A DNA stretch of 53,758 bases from Candidatus Bathyarchaeota archaeon (GTDB lineage Archaea; Thermoproteota; Bathyarchaeia; Bathyarchaeales; DTEX01): the NCBI GenBank assembly GCA_003601835.1, contig PIYB01000001.1:1-53758 (forward strand), written 5' to 3'. Below, piece after piece: positions 28,497-38,264 of the stretch. The notes beneath the pieces were generated by a model. That model searched no databases. It was not told the DNA's origin and saw only the letters and a program-made list of their open reading frames with translations. Within the stretch, counting starts at the first letter, position 1. The number at the start of each line of letters is the position of its first letter. A program made the position numbers and the translations under genes.

Positions 28497-29816
28497 TTAA
28501 GGGGTCAGCCTGAACCGGTCTCGCGGGTAGAGAACGACTTCCCTTATGTTCTTTATCCCCGTCAACATCATCACCAGTCTTTCAAGCCCTATTGCCCATC
28601 CAGCGTGAGGCGGCATACCATAGTCAAAGGCTTGAAGATGATATTTGAACGATTCTGGATGCAAACCTTGTTCCTTAAGCCTTTTCAACAAGACTTCCTT
28701 GTCGTGGACCCGTGTGCCGCCTGAGGCTATCTCGATCCAGCTCCACATCAGGTCGAATCCTTCGCTTATCTCAGGATTGTCCTGACGCGGCTTGATGTAA
28801 AAAGGCTTCAGATTGCTTGGCCACTCTGTTATAAAGTAAAAGTAGGGATGGATCGCGCCTAATGTGCGAAAAGCGGGGGTTGGAATGTCTTCGCCCCAAT
28901 GGATTTCAATGCCTTTCGCCTGCAGCTCCTCGACGACTTGAGTGTATGTCAAACGTTTGAACGGAACTTTAGGCTCTGGAACCTTATGTTTCAAGATTTT
29001 GAGTTCTTCTTGGCATTCTTCGTTGACCTTTTTGCAAACGTTATACATTAGTTTTTCAGCAACATTCATAACGTCCTCTGCGGTTGCGAAGGCCTGTTCA
29101 ATGTCTATCGACATGAACTCTGTTATGTGCCGTCTTGTGTGTGACTTTTCAGCTCGGTATGCGGGGCCGATCTCGTAGACTTTCTCGAAATCGATAACCA
29201 GCTGTTCCTTGTAGAGCTGAGGGCTCTGAGCTAGAAAAGCCTCACGTTCAAAATAGACTATTGGAAAAAGCGCAGCTCCACCTTCAGTTGCAGAGGCAAT
29301 TATCTTAGGCGTGTTTACCTCCAAGAAACCGTTCTTTGACAGGAATTCTCGAACAGCTTCCAAAACCACGTGTCTGACTTTGAAGATTGCTTGGCTTCTG
29401 TCGCTTCGCAGGTCTAAAACGCGGAAGTCCAGCCTCACATCGATCTCAGCGGGGGTTCTGCCCGTGATGTCCAAAGGCAAAGGTTGCTTTGCAGCTCCAA
29501 GTATCTTTATGTTGTCGGGTACAATCTCGGCGCCTCTTGGAGCTTTGTCCATCTTCTTAACTGCGCCTTTAACGGCGATACAGTCCTGCCTATGCAGCAA
29601 ACCTGATTTTGCCACAATTTTCTGGTCAGCGGCATCTTGAGGTACTGTTATCTGAACCGTTCCTTTCCTGTCTTGGAGAATGATAAATCTTATGCCGCCT
29701 AGGTCCCTGATTTCCCGGACCCAACCCATCACGACGACTTGTTTTCCGTCTAGCTGAGGGTTAATGTCTGTTGAATAATGGGTTCTACGCCAGTCTCCAA
29801 GCTCGTCGGTTTTCAT
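28497..29816 (-). CDS. aspS: Aspartyl-tRNA synthetase, archaeal type (probably non-discriminating)
   Basis: GWVREIRDLGG, KAPRG, RLDFRVLDLR, ATEGGA, LAQSPQLYK, YRAEKS, GMPPHAG...GLERL. Confidence 0.96.
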   Translation of the reverse strand: MKTDELGDWRRTHYSTDINPQLDGKQVVVMGWVREIRDLGGIRFIILQDRKGTVQITVPQDAADQKIVAKSGLLHRQDCIAVKGAVKKMDKAPRGAEIVPDNIKILGAAKQPLPLDITGRTPAEIDVRLDFRVLDLRSDRSQAIFKVRHVVLEAVREFLSKNGFLEVNTPKIIASATEGGAALFPIVYFEREAFLAQSPQLYKEQLVIDFEKVYEIGPAYRAEKSHTRRHITEFMSIDIEQAFATAEDVMNVAEKLMYNVCKKVNEECQEELKILKHKVPEPKVPFKRLTYTQVVEELQAKGIEIHWGEDIPTPAFRTLGAIHPYFYFITEWPSNLKPFYIKPRQDNPEISEGFDLMWSWIEIASGGTRVHDKEVLLKRLKEQGLHPESFKYHLQAFDYGMPPHAGWAIGLERLVMMLTGIKNIREVVLYPRDRFRLTP

Positions 29817-29832
29817 CTTGATGACTCCGCTG

Positions 29833-30336
29833 TTAAGCCGCAAATTCGACTCTAAGAGTTAACCCCTGCGCTTTTTTAGCGATCTCCTTCAAAGCGTTTA
29901 TGTACTTTGAAGCTCTTTTCTTTTCTCTTCCTCTAAGGATGACCCTTGTTTCAGTTGTTCCATCAGGCAACCATATTCGGTTTATGGTCAGGACATCCAT
30001 CGGCGCGAAAAGATCTTCCAAAAACTTTCTCTCATTAGAATTATTTTCCAGCACACGAATTGTTTTCTTGGTTTTTCGTTCCAAAAACCTGACTATTTTC
30101 CCGCCGTAGCTTAAAATCTTCGCTATGTCCCCTTGCCCTACAAAGATGGCTAGAACGCCGTTTGCTTCAACTGCCTTGTATAAATATACGTCTTGAAGAG
30201 GAGGGTATTCATCTTCTATGGACATGAGTAGGCGGCCTATCTTGATGTCTAGTTCGGTTACCTCACCTTTCTCAACTTTTTTCTTGCATTTGGAGCATAA
30301 CATTCCGCTCTTCAGGCAGAACTGACATAACTCCAT
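29833..30336 (-). CDS. NusA-like KH-domain protein with N-terminal zinc ribbon
   Basis: LCQFCLKSGMLCSKC, GGKIV, FLEDLFAP...IN.IWLPDGT. Confidence 0.75.
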   Translation of the reverse strand: MELCQFCLKSGMLCSKCKKKVEKGEVTELDIKIGRLLMSIEDEYPPLQDVYLYKAVEANGVLAIFVGQGDIAKILSYGGKIVRFLERKTKKTIRVLENNSNERKFLEDLFAPMDVLTINRIWLPDGTTETRVILRGREKKRASKYINALKEIAKKAQGLTLRVEFAA

Positions 30337-30403
30337 TCTCACCGATTCTAGTACCCTCCTAAAATAAAGGAGGTGCGACGGAGCGTTGTTTTTGTGTTTG
30401 TGT

Positions 30404-30682
30404 TCACCGCGTCAACGTTATCTCGATGGTGCTCACGTTTGTGGACGATTCGCCCCCTTCACCAACTTGAAGCTGTTCTGTTCCGATGCTGATGTTGCCC
30501 ACTTTTACGTCAGGTAGGAATCTTCGTCTTGCGATTTCCACGACATCGACTGCTCTGCTTATTGCTCGTCCTCTGGCTTTGATGCTTACTTCCTTAGCTC
30601 CGCCATGAAACAGGGTTATACAAGCCAGGACATAGTTCATCACGGGCTTACGTCCAATCAACACTGAATTGTTTTCTGACAT
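30404..30682 (-). CDS. albA: DNA/RNA-binding protein Alba
   Basis: [37 protein letters not shown]. Confidence 0.97.
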   Translation of the reverse strand: MSENNSVLIGRKPVMNYVLACITLFHGGAKEVSIKARGRAISRAVDVVEIARRRFLPDVKVGNISIGTEQLQVGEGGESSTNVSTIEITLTR

Positions 30683-30846
30683 TTCACCGCCTCACTCCTT
30701 TGTCTTTCTATACGTTGTGAACTTATTGCTCTTTAACCACCAATAAATATCTTACGGTATTAACGTTAGAGAAAAAAGTCTGAAACCAAAAGGTATATAT
30801 TGGGTTCTAACGGGGATGAATATCAACAGCACAGGGATGAGAACTG

Positions 30847-31008
30847 TTGCCGATCACAGACCCGCTGAAAAGAAGCATAGCTCAAAAAAGAAGGCTATAC
30901 ATGAAAATATGCCGTAACTGCGGAGTGAGGAATGCGCCAACTGCGAAAAAATGCAGAAAATGCAGAAGCAAAAACCTTAGATGGAAGAAAAGAGAGAAAT
31001 CTCGCTGA
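30847..31008 (+). CDS. rpl40e: 50S ribosomal protein L40e (not in ORF track)
   Basis: TTG start; MPITDPLKRSIAQKRRLYMKICRNCGVRNAPTAKKCRKCRSKNLRWKKREKSR. Confidence 0.95.
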   Translation: MPITDPLKRSIAQKRRLYMKICRNCGVRNAPTAKKCRKCRSKNLRWKKREKSR

Positions 31009-31056
31009 GTTTTTACGTTTCAAAAAAAGATGCGTCTAAGAATAAGCATCATTTTT

Positions 31057-31791
31057 CTAGGCATTTATTTCAAGTATTATCTCAACTTGGCAGCTTTGCG
31101 GGATGTTCATCTTCTCCTTCCAAGCGTCGCCAACCGCAATCATAGCGAATATCCCCGACACCTCAGCCTTTGCTTTCTTAACGAGGTTAAGAAGTGCCAG
31201 CTGGGTTTCTCCGCTCTTTATTATGTCATCGACTATGAGAACGCTGTCCCGTTTCTTTATCGAGTCTCTTGGCAGATACAGAGTCACGGTGTGACCTGAA
31301 CCGTTCAATGTGTAGGTTTCTTCGATGAAGGAGGATACGCCTACTTCCTTGGTTGATTTTGCAATCACAACGTTTACGCCTAAAGTGCTGCCGACTATTG
31401 TTGCCAAGGGAACACCGTCAACAGCCGCCGTTAAAACCTTAGTTATCCTTTTACCAGCGAATTTTGCAAGCGCATAGTTTGCAGCCTGGTTCAGGAGGTT
31501 TGTATCTCCAATTATGGATGTGTTGTCAAAAAACCCTTTGTTGTTGAATTTTATTCTCCGTCTGAACTCGGATTCTAAACCCACAATTTTTGAAAGGGTT
31601 CCCCATAGCTGCTGGGCTCTTTCAGTGTTGGGGAGAACGTGTCCCTTCACGTATCTGCTGAGAACCGTTACTGGAAGACCGGTTTTGCCTGAGAGCTCTC
31701 GGTAGGTGTACCGTCTTTTCGCTGTTCGAAGAAGCTCAACTGTTGCTAGGCGAAATTTTAAGTCTTCAACGTGAGTTGACATGTTTATCAC
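31057..31791 (-). CDS. HTH plus phosphoribosyltransferase-domain protein (PurR-like regulator)
   Basis: YTYRELSGKTGLPVTVLSRYVKGHVLP HTH; VLIVDDIIKSGET PRPP-binding motif. Confidence 0.88.
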   Translation of the reverse strand: MINMSTHVEDLKFRLATVELLRTAKRRYTYRELSGKTGLPVTVLSRYVKGHVLPNTERAQQLWGTLSKIVGLESEFRRRIKFNNKGFFDNTSIIGDTNLLNQAANYALAKFAGKRITKVLTAAVDGVPLATIVGSTLGVNVVIAKSTKEVGVSSFIEETYTLNGSGHTVTLYLPRDSIKKRDSVLIVDDIIKSGETQLALLNLVKKAKAEVSGIFAMIAVGDAWKEKMNIPQSCQVEIILEINA

Positions 31792-32021
31792 TTCGCTGTC
31801 ATGTCAGATAAAGTCGGAATCCTTTTTTATACATGAATTTTTAAAGTTTTATTTATCTTTTTCCGTTAAGACGGCGGCGTCATACACATTTCTTAAAGAG
31901 GTCAACAAGCAGCATATTCCGGCTTATCGACGCGTGAAAACCGAAAAAGAAATGAACGAAGCTGACAAACATTTCGCTGAATGCAAGATTCTTCACCGTT
32001 GGGTTTGGAAGGCGTTGGAGG

Positions 32022-32354
32022 ATGGGTAATGTGAAAGACAAAACTGTGAGGGTGAAGTCTTGGGAAGAGATGAGGCGCCTGATAATTCTTCATCATCCAC
32101 GGAGCGTCATCTACAATATTGAGAAAGGCGTGCCAGCTGGAAACCTTGAAAACCTCAGAATAATCTTGCCTACAAGGGGAACACAGTATGTTTTTATTGA
32201 TTCAGCGGCAGGAGACAGTCTTAGGAAAACCGGCGTAAAGTTGCATAAAGACAAATCTGGAAAGATTTACGTAAGGGATGAAGATGTAGCAAGCTTTGTA
32301 AAATCAGAATCAGGGATTGAGGATCTAAACGTATATTCTTACTGGACAATATAA
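32022..32354 (+). CDS. Hypothetical protein
   Basis: 110-aa ORF with GGAGG immediately upstream; protein-like composition. Confidence 0.7.
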   Translation: MGNVKDKTVRVKSWEEMRRLIILHHPRSVIYNIEKGVPAGNLENLRIILPTRGTQYVFIDSAAGDSLRKTGVKLHKDKSGKIYVRDEDVASFVKSESGIEDLNVYSYWTI

Positions 32355-32484
32355 CGTCTAAAAACGTTCTATAGTTGAATGAACAGTTTTTAATGGAAAC
32401 AGATTTAAGGACAAGATGTTCTGTATTCGAAGGATGCCAAATGCGGCATACGAAAGAATGTTGTAACGGGGGATTGTCTGAGAT

Positions 32485-32880
32485 ATGAGCGGAAAACGCA
32501 AACGAGATAGCCATGTTAAAATCATCTACAAGCCTGCGAAGGAGATTGTGATTTTAGACTACTTCCAGTTCTCGAAGGAAAGGTTGAACCAGATGTTTGC
32601 AAGGGTGATTCACGCCGGTCTACCAGCAATGGCTCAATGGGCGGAAGGGGTTCTCTTCATCCATTCCCCATTGATTCCTGACACCAATGACCTGATGGAA
32701 AACTATTTGAAGGGAAGAATCTTTTGGAGTTCCGTCAGCTTCGTTTTGATGCCGAAATATACACCTTCCATCAAGGTCAGCGGCTTAGAGATTCCAGTTG
32801 TTGACGTTTCTGAACATCCTGTGCTGCGAGAAACCGCAAGATGGCTTAAGGAACAAGCCAAACCTGTGGACAAATCATAG
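32485..32880 (+). CDS. Conserved archaeal hypothetical protein
   Basis: 131-aa ORF, VKIIYKP.KEIVI...WAEGVLF...IPVVDVS. Confidence 0.75.
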   Translation: MSGKRKRDSHVKIIYKPAKEIVILDYFQFSKERLNQMFARVIHAGLPAMAQWAEGVLFIHSPLIPDTNDLMENYLKGRIFWSSVSFVLMPKYTPSIKVSGLEIPVVDVSEHPVLRETARWLKEQAKPVDKS

Positions 32881-32982
32881 GCGCCGTGCAGCCTGACCAC
32901 GAGTATTATTCGTCCACCTGTTCGTTAATTAGGCTTAAATACCTCGTTATATTCTTTTATTTTTAAATCGGAGGACCAAATC

Positions 32983-34845
32983 TTGTATGGCTACGCCGGA
33001 AGAATTTTAAGAGTGAATTTATCGAACGGCAAGACACAGGTCATCCCTCTAAGCGAGGAATACGCGAAAAAATACATCGGCGGAATAGGACTCGGAATGC
33101 GTTTGCTGATAGAAAACTCGAAACCCGGCACCGAACCTTTCAGCCCCGAAAACCCGTTGATTCTCACGACAGGACCGTTCAGCGGAACAATGGCGCCAAC
33201 CGGTGGGAATGGGCACGCCTTCGTTTCTAAATCTCCTCTAACAAACGGTGTTGGTGAAGCCAAGTCACACGGATTCTTCGGCGCAGAACTGAAGAGAGCT
33301 GGATATGATGCGGTGATCATGGAGAACGCATCGAAGAAACCGGTGTATCTGTGGATAGACGACGACAGCATTCAGCTTATGGATGCGAAACATCTTTGGG
33401 GAAAGTCACCTCAGGAAACCGAGGAAACTATCCGGGAAGAGTTAGGAGACTACTACATTCGCGTCGCAGCCATCGGGATGGCTGGCGAAAAGCTCTCTCG
33501 CGTTGCTTGCATTATGAACGATAGGACACGAGCAGCGGGACGAACAGGTATGGGTGCGGTTATGGGTTCAAAGAATCTCAAGGCTATAGCTGTCCGAGGG
33601 ACAAAAGATGTCAAAGTTGCTAAACCTGAGGAGTTCTTAGAGTTCGTGAAGATGATGCATGAACGGATGAAGGGTCCCGCGACAACCAAGTATAGAACCT
33701 TGGGAACGCCGTTGAATGTGTTGGTTCATAACTCTCTTGGCGCTTTGCCGACGAGAAACTTCACGAATGCTGTCTTTGAAGGCGCTGAACACGTTAGCGG
33801 AGAATACCTTAATGAACGGTTTATCGTGAAAATTAATGGTTGCTCATCCTGTGCTATGCGGTGCGAACACATAGCTGTTGTTCCTGAAGGCCCCTATAAA
33901 GGCACGACCACACGGGTAGAGTATGAGCCTCTGTGGGCTTTCGGTCCTCACTGCGGTGTAGACAGGCTTGACGCAGTGATAAAGGCAATGGAACTATGCA
34001 ACTATTATGGGCTGGACAGTTTGTCAACAGGCAACATTGTGGGCTTCGCTATGGACTGTTTCGAACACGGCATCCTAACTGAGAAAGACACCGACGGGTT
34101 AGACCTTAGTTTCGGCAACGCTGAAGCAATCGTAGAACTTGTTCACAAGATAGGTAAACGGGAAGGGCTCGGCGACATTCTGGCGGAAGGCGTGAAAAGA
34201 GCGGCTGAAAAGATTGGGAAAGGTGCTGAAAAGTATGCTAATCACATTAAGGGGCTTGAGATGACGGGGTACGACATTCGCGGTTTGAAGACCGCTGCCA
34301 TAGGATATGCTGTTTCGTTCCGTGGAGCTGACCACAACCGTCACGGAGCATATGGACTTGACCTGAAAGGAACTGTTGACCGTTTCAAAGTTGAGAAGGG
34401 TAGAGCTAAGCTCGTAATAGACATTGAAAATCTCTACACAGTAATCGACTCCCTCATCATCTGCAAGTTCTCCAGAGGCACATATTACAAAGGCTTCGAA
34501 GATCTCGCTCGATACTACACGCTTGTCACAGGCTTGGAGATGACCGCAGAGGAGCTTGAAAGGACGGGCGCAAGAATAAACGTGTTAGGAAGACTCTTTA
34601 ACGTTAGAGAAGGGTTCACAAGGAAGGATGATCATCTGCCAGCTAAGGTTATGAGCACCCCGATTCCAGACGACACGGTGTCTAAGGGAAGCTACATCAC
34701 TCAGAAGGAGCTTGATTTCATGCTGGACGACTACTATTCTACAAGAGGATGGACCCGAGAAGGCGTTCCAACGATTGAGAGCCTTAAAGAAGTTGGGCTG
34801 GAGGACTTGGCGTACATAGTTAAAGACAAGATCAGGGAGCAGTGA
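32983..34845 (+). CDS. aor: Tungsten-type aldehyde:ferredoxin oxidoreductase
   Basis: GYAGRILRVNLS, KSPLT, GRTGMGAVMGSKNLKAI, CSSCAMRC, EYE, GLD, DSLIICKF, YY..RGW..EGVPT. Confidence 0.94.
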   Translation: MYGYAGRILRVNLSNGKTQVIPLSEEYAKKYIGGIGLGMRLLIENSKPGTEPFSPENPLILTTGPFSGTMAPTGGNGHAFVSKSPLTNGVGEAKSHGFFGAELKRAGYDAVIMENASKKPVYLWIDDDSIQLMDAKHLWGKSPQETEETIREELGDYYIRVAAIGMAGEKLSRVACIMNDRTRAAGRTGMGAVMGSKNLKAIAVRGTKDVKVAKPEEFLEFVKMMHERMKGPATTKYRTLGTPLNVLVHNSLGALPTRNFTNAVFEGAEHVSGEYLNERFIVKINGCSSCAMRCEHIAVVPEGPYKGTTTRVEYEPLWAFGPHCGVDRLDAVIKAMELCNYYGLDSLSTGNIVGFAMDCFEHGILTEKDTDGLDLSFGNAEAIVELVHKIGKREGLGDILAEGVKRAAEKIGKGAEKYANHIKGLEMTGYDIRGLKTAAIGYAVSFRGADHNRHGAYGLDLKGTVDRFKVEKGRAKLVIDIENLYTVIDSLIICKFSRGTYYKGFEDLARYYTLVTGLEMTAEELERTGARINVLGRLFNVREGFTRKDDHLPAKVMSTPIPDDTVSKGSYITQKELDFMLDDYYSTRGWTREGVPTIESLKEVGLEDLAYIVKDKIREQ

Positions 34846-34859
34846 AAGGAGGAATCGTG

Positions 34860-35357
34860 ATGGCTTCAATTCATGCTAGAAAATTCGTGTCCGCAGACCC
34901 TGACAAATGCGTAGGCTGCTGCGTATGCGAGTACGCGTGTTCCTACGAGAAAGAGAAAGCTTTCAACCCTGTGAAATCCCGGATCAGAGCAGTTCGACTA
35001 GATTCCGTTATTAACATGGCTGTAACCTGTAGGCTGTGCGAAAACGCTCCTTGCGTGAACGCGTGTCCCAGAGACGCTTTGACACAGTCAGAAGAGACCG
35101 GCATCATCATGGTTGATGAGGACAAATGCAATGGTTGCGGATGGTGCATCGAAGCTTGTGACTATGGAGCTATTATGCTTCATCCTGACAAGAAAGTAGT
35201 CTTTGTATGCGACCTCTGTGACGGCAACCCTAAATGCGTGGAATGGTGCCCAGAAGAAGCTTTGGACTTTGTCACTGCTGATGTTTTAGCTCAGAAAGCT
35301 CGGATTACGGCTATAAAGAAACTGTTCCAAGAAGCCCTGACACAAAAGTCCGAGTGA
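34860..35357 (+). CDS. 4Fe-4S polyferredoxin (AOR small electron-transfer subunit)
   Basis: Four cluster motifs: CVGCCVCEYAC, CRLCENAPCVNACP, CNGCGWCIEAC, CDLCDGNPKCVEWCP. Confidence 0.92.
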   Translation: MASIHARKFVSADPDKCVGCCVCEYACSYEKEKAFNPVKSRIRAVRLDSVINMAVTCRLCENAPCVNACPRDALTQSEETGIIMVDEDKCNGCGWCIEACDYGAIMLHPDKKVVFVCDLCDGNPKCVEWCPEEALDFVTADVLAQKARITAIKKLFQEALTQKSE

Positions 35358-35447
35358 CTACATCCAACCTTCTTTCTACATAAGTCTCGTTCCAAAGCCG
35401 TTTTTCCAGAGGTTAATATGGCTGATTGTGTCGAGCTTGCTTAAAGG

Positions 35448-35705
35448 TCATTCGATCTTTATTATGCGCCTTTTCTCCAAGCGTCTAAGAGCATCATAAA
35501 ATTCGCTTTTTTGTTTTCCTTGAAGTTTGAAATGCTGAATCATGTCTTTGATGGATGACCGGGGTTTACCTTGTCTTCTTAAATGGTTTTGTAAGTATCC
35601 GACAACGAGACGCTCGATTCTGCCGCATTTCCAGGTTGTGTTCCGGAGAAGAACGGCTATTGCTTTGAACATTTTCTGGGTTTCTTTTTTGGATCGTCTC
35701 GCCAT
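35448..35705 (-). CDS. Small basic hypothetical protein, possible winged helix
   Basis: 85 aa, K/R-rich, ends EFYDALRRLEKRRIIKIE; GAGGAG upstream. Confidence 0.65.
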   Translation of the reverse strand: MARRSKKETQKMFKAIAVLLRNTTWKCGRIERLVVGYLQNHLRRQGKPRSSIKDMIQHFKLQGKQKSEFYDALRRLEKRRIIKIE

Positions 35706-35868
35706 CCGATCTCCTCATCCCATAAAAACCTAGATCGGTATTTATGTGTATCTGAAATTTTAATTTCTAACGTAAATATCCTATTGAAAGATTTTTCCTG
35801 AAAAACGGTGCTGTAAACCTTTTTTTCTCCGAAACCTTGAAAAGGCTTATCGTCGAAGAAAAGGTGGA

Positions 35869-36579
35869 TTGCTTATGAAAGGTTTCATCTCGCAAAAGGC
35901 TCAGATCGAAGGATGCGTGGAACCAAGCGCCGTGATTCTAGGCGAAACCGTGGTAGGTTCCAACACTTTTATCGACAGAGACGTCATAATAGGCTATCCT
36001 GTTGAGGATACGCTTAGGATTTTAAGGTTATCCCGTTCATTCAACGTAAAAGGTTTAGATGACCACAGCAGAGGAGCAAAAATCGGAAGAGAATGCATAA
36101 TCCGTTCAGGCACCGTTATATATGAGACTGCAACTCTAGGCGACAAGGTTAGGACCGGTCATAACGTTCTGGTGAGAGAAGGCACCACCGTTAGAGAAGA
36201 AACCCTTATTGGAACCTCGGTGAAACTTGACGGTGCCGTAAAGATCGGTAGAAGAGTGAAAATACAATCAAACGCCTATCTTCCACACTTAACAGTCATA
36301 GAAGACGACGTCTTCATAGCGCCCAATGTCTGTTTCACCAATGATCCGTACCCTCAAAGCGGACGCCTTGTAGGCTCAGTTGTAGAAAAGAACGCCGTTA
36401 TCTGCGCTAACGCTACGCTGCTACCTGGAGTAAGAATAGGGCAAAACGCCGTTGTGGCTGCCGGCTCCGTTGTCACAAAGAATGTTGCACCTAGCCAAGT
36501 TGTCGCCGGGAACCCTGCTCGTTTTCTTATGAGCCGTGAAGAGTTTGACAGGAAAAGACAGGTTTGGGAAAAGGGCTAA
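35869..36579 (+). CDS. Hexapeptide-repeat acyltransferase (WxcM/GlmU-like)
   Basis: IRSGTVIY, TGHNVLVRE, IEDDVFIAPNVCFTND, AAGSVVTK.V....VVAGNPA. Confidence 0.88.
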   Translation: MLMKGFISQKAQIEGCVEPSAVILGETVVGSNTFIDRDVIIGYPVEDTLRILRLSRSFNVKGLDDHSRGAKIGRECIIRSGTVIYETATLGDKVRTGHNVLVREGTTVREETLIGTSVKLDGAVKIGRRVKIQSNAYLPHLTVIEDDVFIAPNVCFTNDPYPQSGRLVGSVVEKNAVICANATLLPGVRIGQNAVVAAGSVVTKNVAPSQVVAGNPARFLMSREEFDRKRQVWEKG

Positions 36580-36630
36580 ATACTGAGGCATAAAGATTCT
36601 GCTTGTGAAGCCCCTGCTTGGTGGAAAAAC

Positions 36631-37284
36631 ATGATTGACATCTCCCAGTACAGGATAATTGATCTTTCCGCTGAAATAAAACCGGGAATCCTGAAGGTGA
36701 ACGGAGAATACGTTCACGGGAACCAGCCTAGAAGGTTCGAGATACGTCAGTTCATATATGCTCCTGACAAGGCTTTGATGCATTGGGTTGAAACTGAGAC
36801 CCACATAGGAACCCATGTTGAGCTTCCTGCGCATCTTACTGACGGAGCAAAATCTGCCTCTGAAATGCCCATCGAATCTTTCATCGGTGAAGCAATAGTC
36901 TTGAAGTTCCATTCGTTGAAACCGGAAGACGTACAAGGAAAACCGATAACGCCGTCTCACTTAGCTAACGTGAAGAAAGGAGACATCGTGCTGATGTGGA
37001 GCCCATACCAAGGCAACGAACAACCCTACATTTCACCAGAATCCGCAGAATTGCTCGCTGAAAAACCAGTGAAGATGGTTGGAATCCAAAACATTAAAGT
37101 TGAAGCACCCGGCGGCTCCATGGCAACGCACATCAACCTGCTGAAGAACGAGATTCCGCTGATCGAAGGCTTAGTTAACCTCGAAAAAATTCAGAAAGAA
37201 AGAGTGTTCTACATCGGTCTCCCATTGAACGTAGCTGGTCTTGACTCTTCATGGATCAGAGCCATAGCTCTCGAGCCACGGTGA
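36631..37284 (+). CDS. Cyclase / kynurenine formamidase family protein
   Basis: IIDLS, HIGTHVELPAH, H..LL...IPLIEGL.NL, LPL.VAGLDSSWIRAIA. Confidence 0.85.
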   Translation: MIDISQYRIIDLSAEIKPGILKVNGEYVHGNQPRRFEIRQFIYAPDKALMHWVETETHIGTHVELPAHLTDGAKSASEMPIESFIGEAIVLKFHSLKPEDVQGKPITPSHLANVKKGDIVLMWSPYQGNEQPYISPESAELLAEKPVKMVGIQNIKVEAPGGSMATHINLLKNEIPLIEGLVNLEKIQKERVFYIGLPLNVAGLDSSWIRAIALEPR

Positions 37285-37377
37285 GAAGAAAAACGGCTTG
37301 AAACAAAAGATTAGGAACAGCATCCTAACTTTTTCATTCAGGGAATCTTGTCTTGAACCCGGATGCATGCAAAAGTT

Positions 37378-38181
37378 TTAAGGTTTTCTGAAGATGCGGT
37401 AATCCACGAGTTCAATGTTTTTCTTTAGAATTACCTCTTTGACTCTGGAGCTTAAAAGACACCTTAGTTCGGCTGCTCGATGGTTTCCAACGCCTAGTTT
37501 CATCACGTCAGCAGGTTCACTGTGAACTAACGCCTGCCCATCTGGGGATTCGACAAGAAGATGGTTCACCAGAAGCCAAAGCCCAAGTGTTAATGCTTCC
37601 AGCTGCTTCACCAAGATTGTTTCCTTTGCCCATGGAGGCTTAGAGTAGACGCCGGGCACAAATTTTTCCCCGGATTTTCCTGAAACCGGCAGTCCGTATT
37701 CTTCGGAGAGCTCCATGATGGCTTTGGTGAAAATGTTTTCTTTTCCCCGTTCTTCGTATCTTATGTAGTGAGCGTCGGGGTAACAGAGCTTCACGCCCCA
37801 TTTTTTCAAAAGCTCTATCTGCGCCTTGAGCTCCTTTTTTACCTCATTGAACTGGGGGTTAGCTTCAAAGAATTCTCTGGGCGAGTTGTGGAGAAAACCG
37901 TCTTCGTCTACGATGCTTGGAATCTTATCGTACGGTAACACAGGTCTCCAAGAGTATCCTTTCCATTCTCCGATAACTGAAAGATGCGCTCCGATACACC
38001 ATGAAGGGTTAGTCTTAGCCATTTCAGCTGCTTCTTTAGCTCAAGGTGCAGCTGCGATGATGGCGGCGCAGGTTAAGATTCCTTGTTCAAACGCCTTCAT
38101 TACAGCTAGGTTGCACGAATGAAGCAGCCCCATATCGTCGCCTCTAACTATGAGCCTTATTTCTCGTTCAGAAGAAACCAT
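37378..38181 (-). pseudogene. ChbG/YdjC/HpnK-family deacetylase with in-frame TGA at 38043-38041
   Basis: ATG 38181: MVSSEREIRLIVRGDDMGLLHSCN...AAAP*AKEAAE is in frame with the 214-aa ORF (IGAHLSVIGEW, ELKAQIE); the stop sits where Trp (PW) is expected. Confidence 0.85.
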
Positions 38182-38264
38182 CCTCGTCACCTTGAGAAAC
38201 AGAATGGGCTGTTCTCTAATTAAGCCTTCGCCGTCCTAAGAACACGTGAAACCTGATGTTAGCT

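Noticed and set aside
35869-36579. Hexapeptide acyltransferase as the missing DapD/DapH
   Set aside because: Motifs fit sugar N/O-acyltransferases better, and it is far from the dap operon
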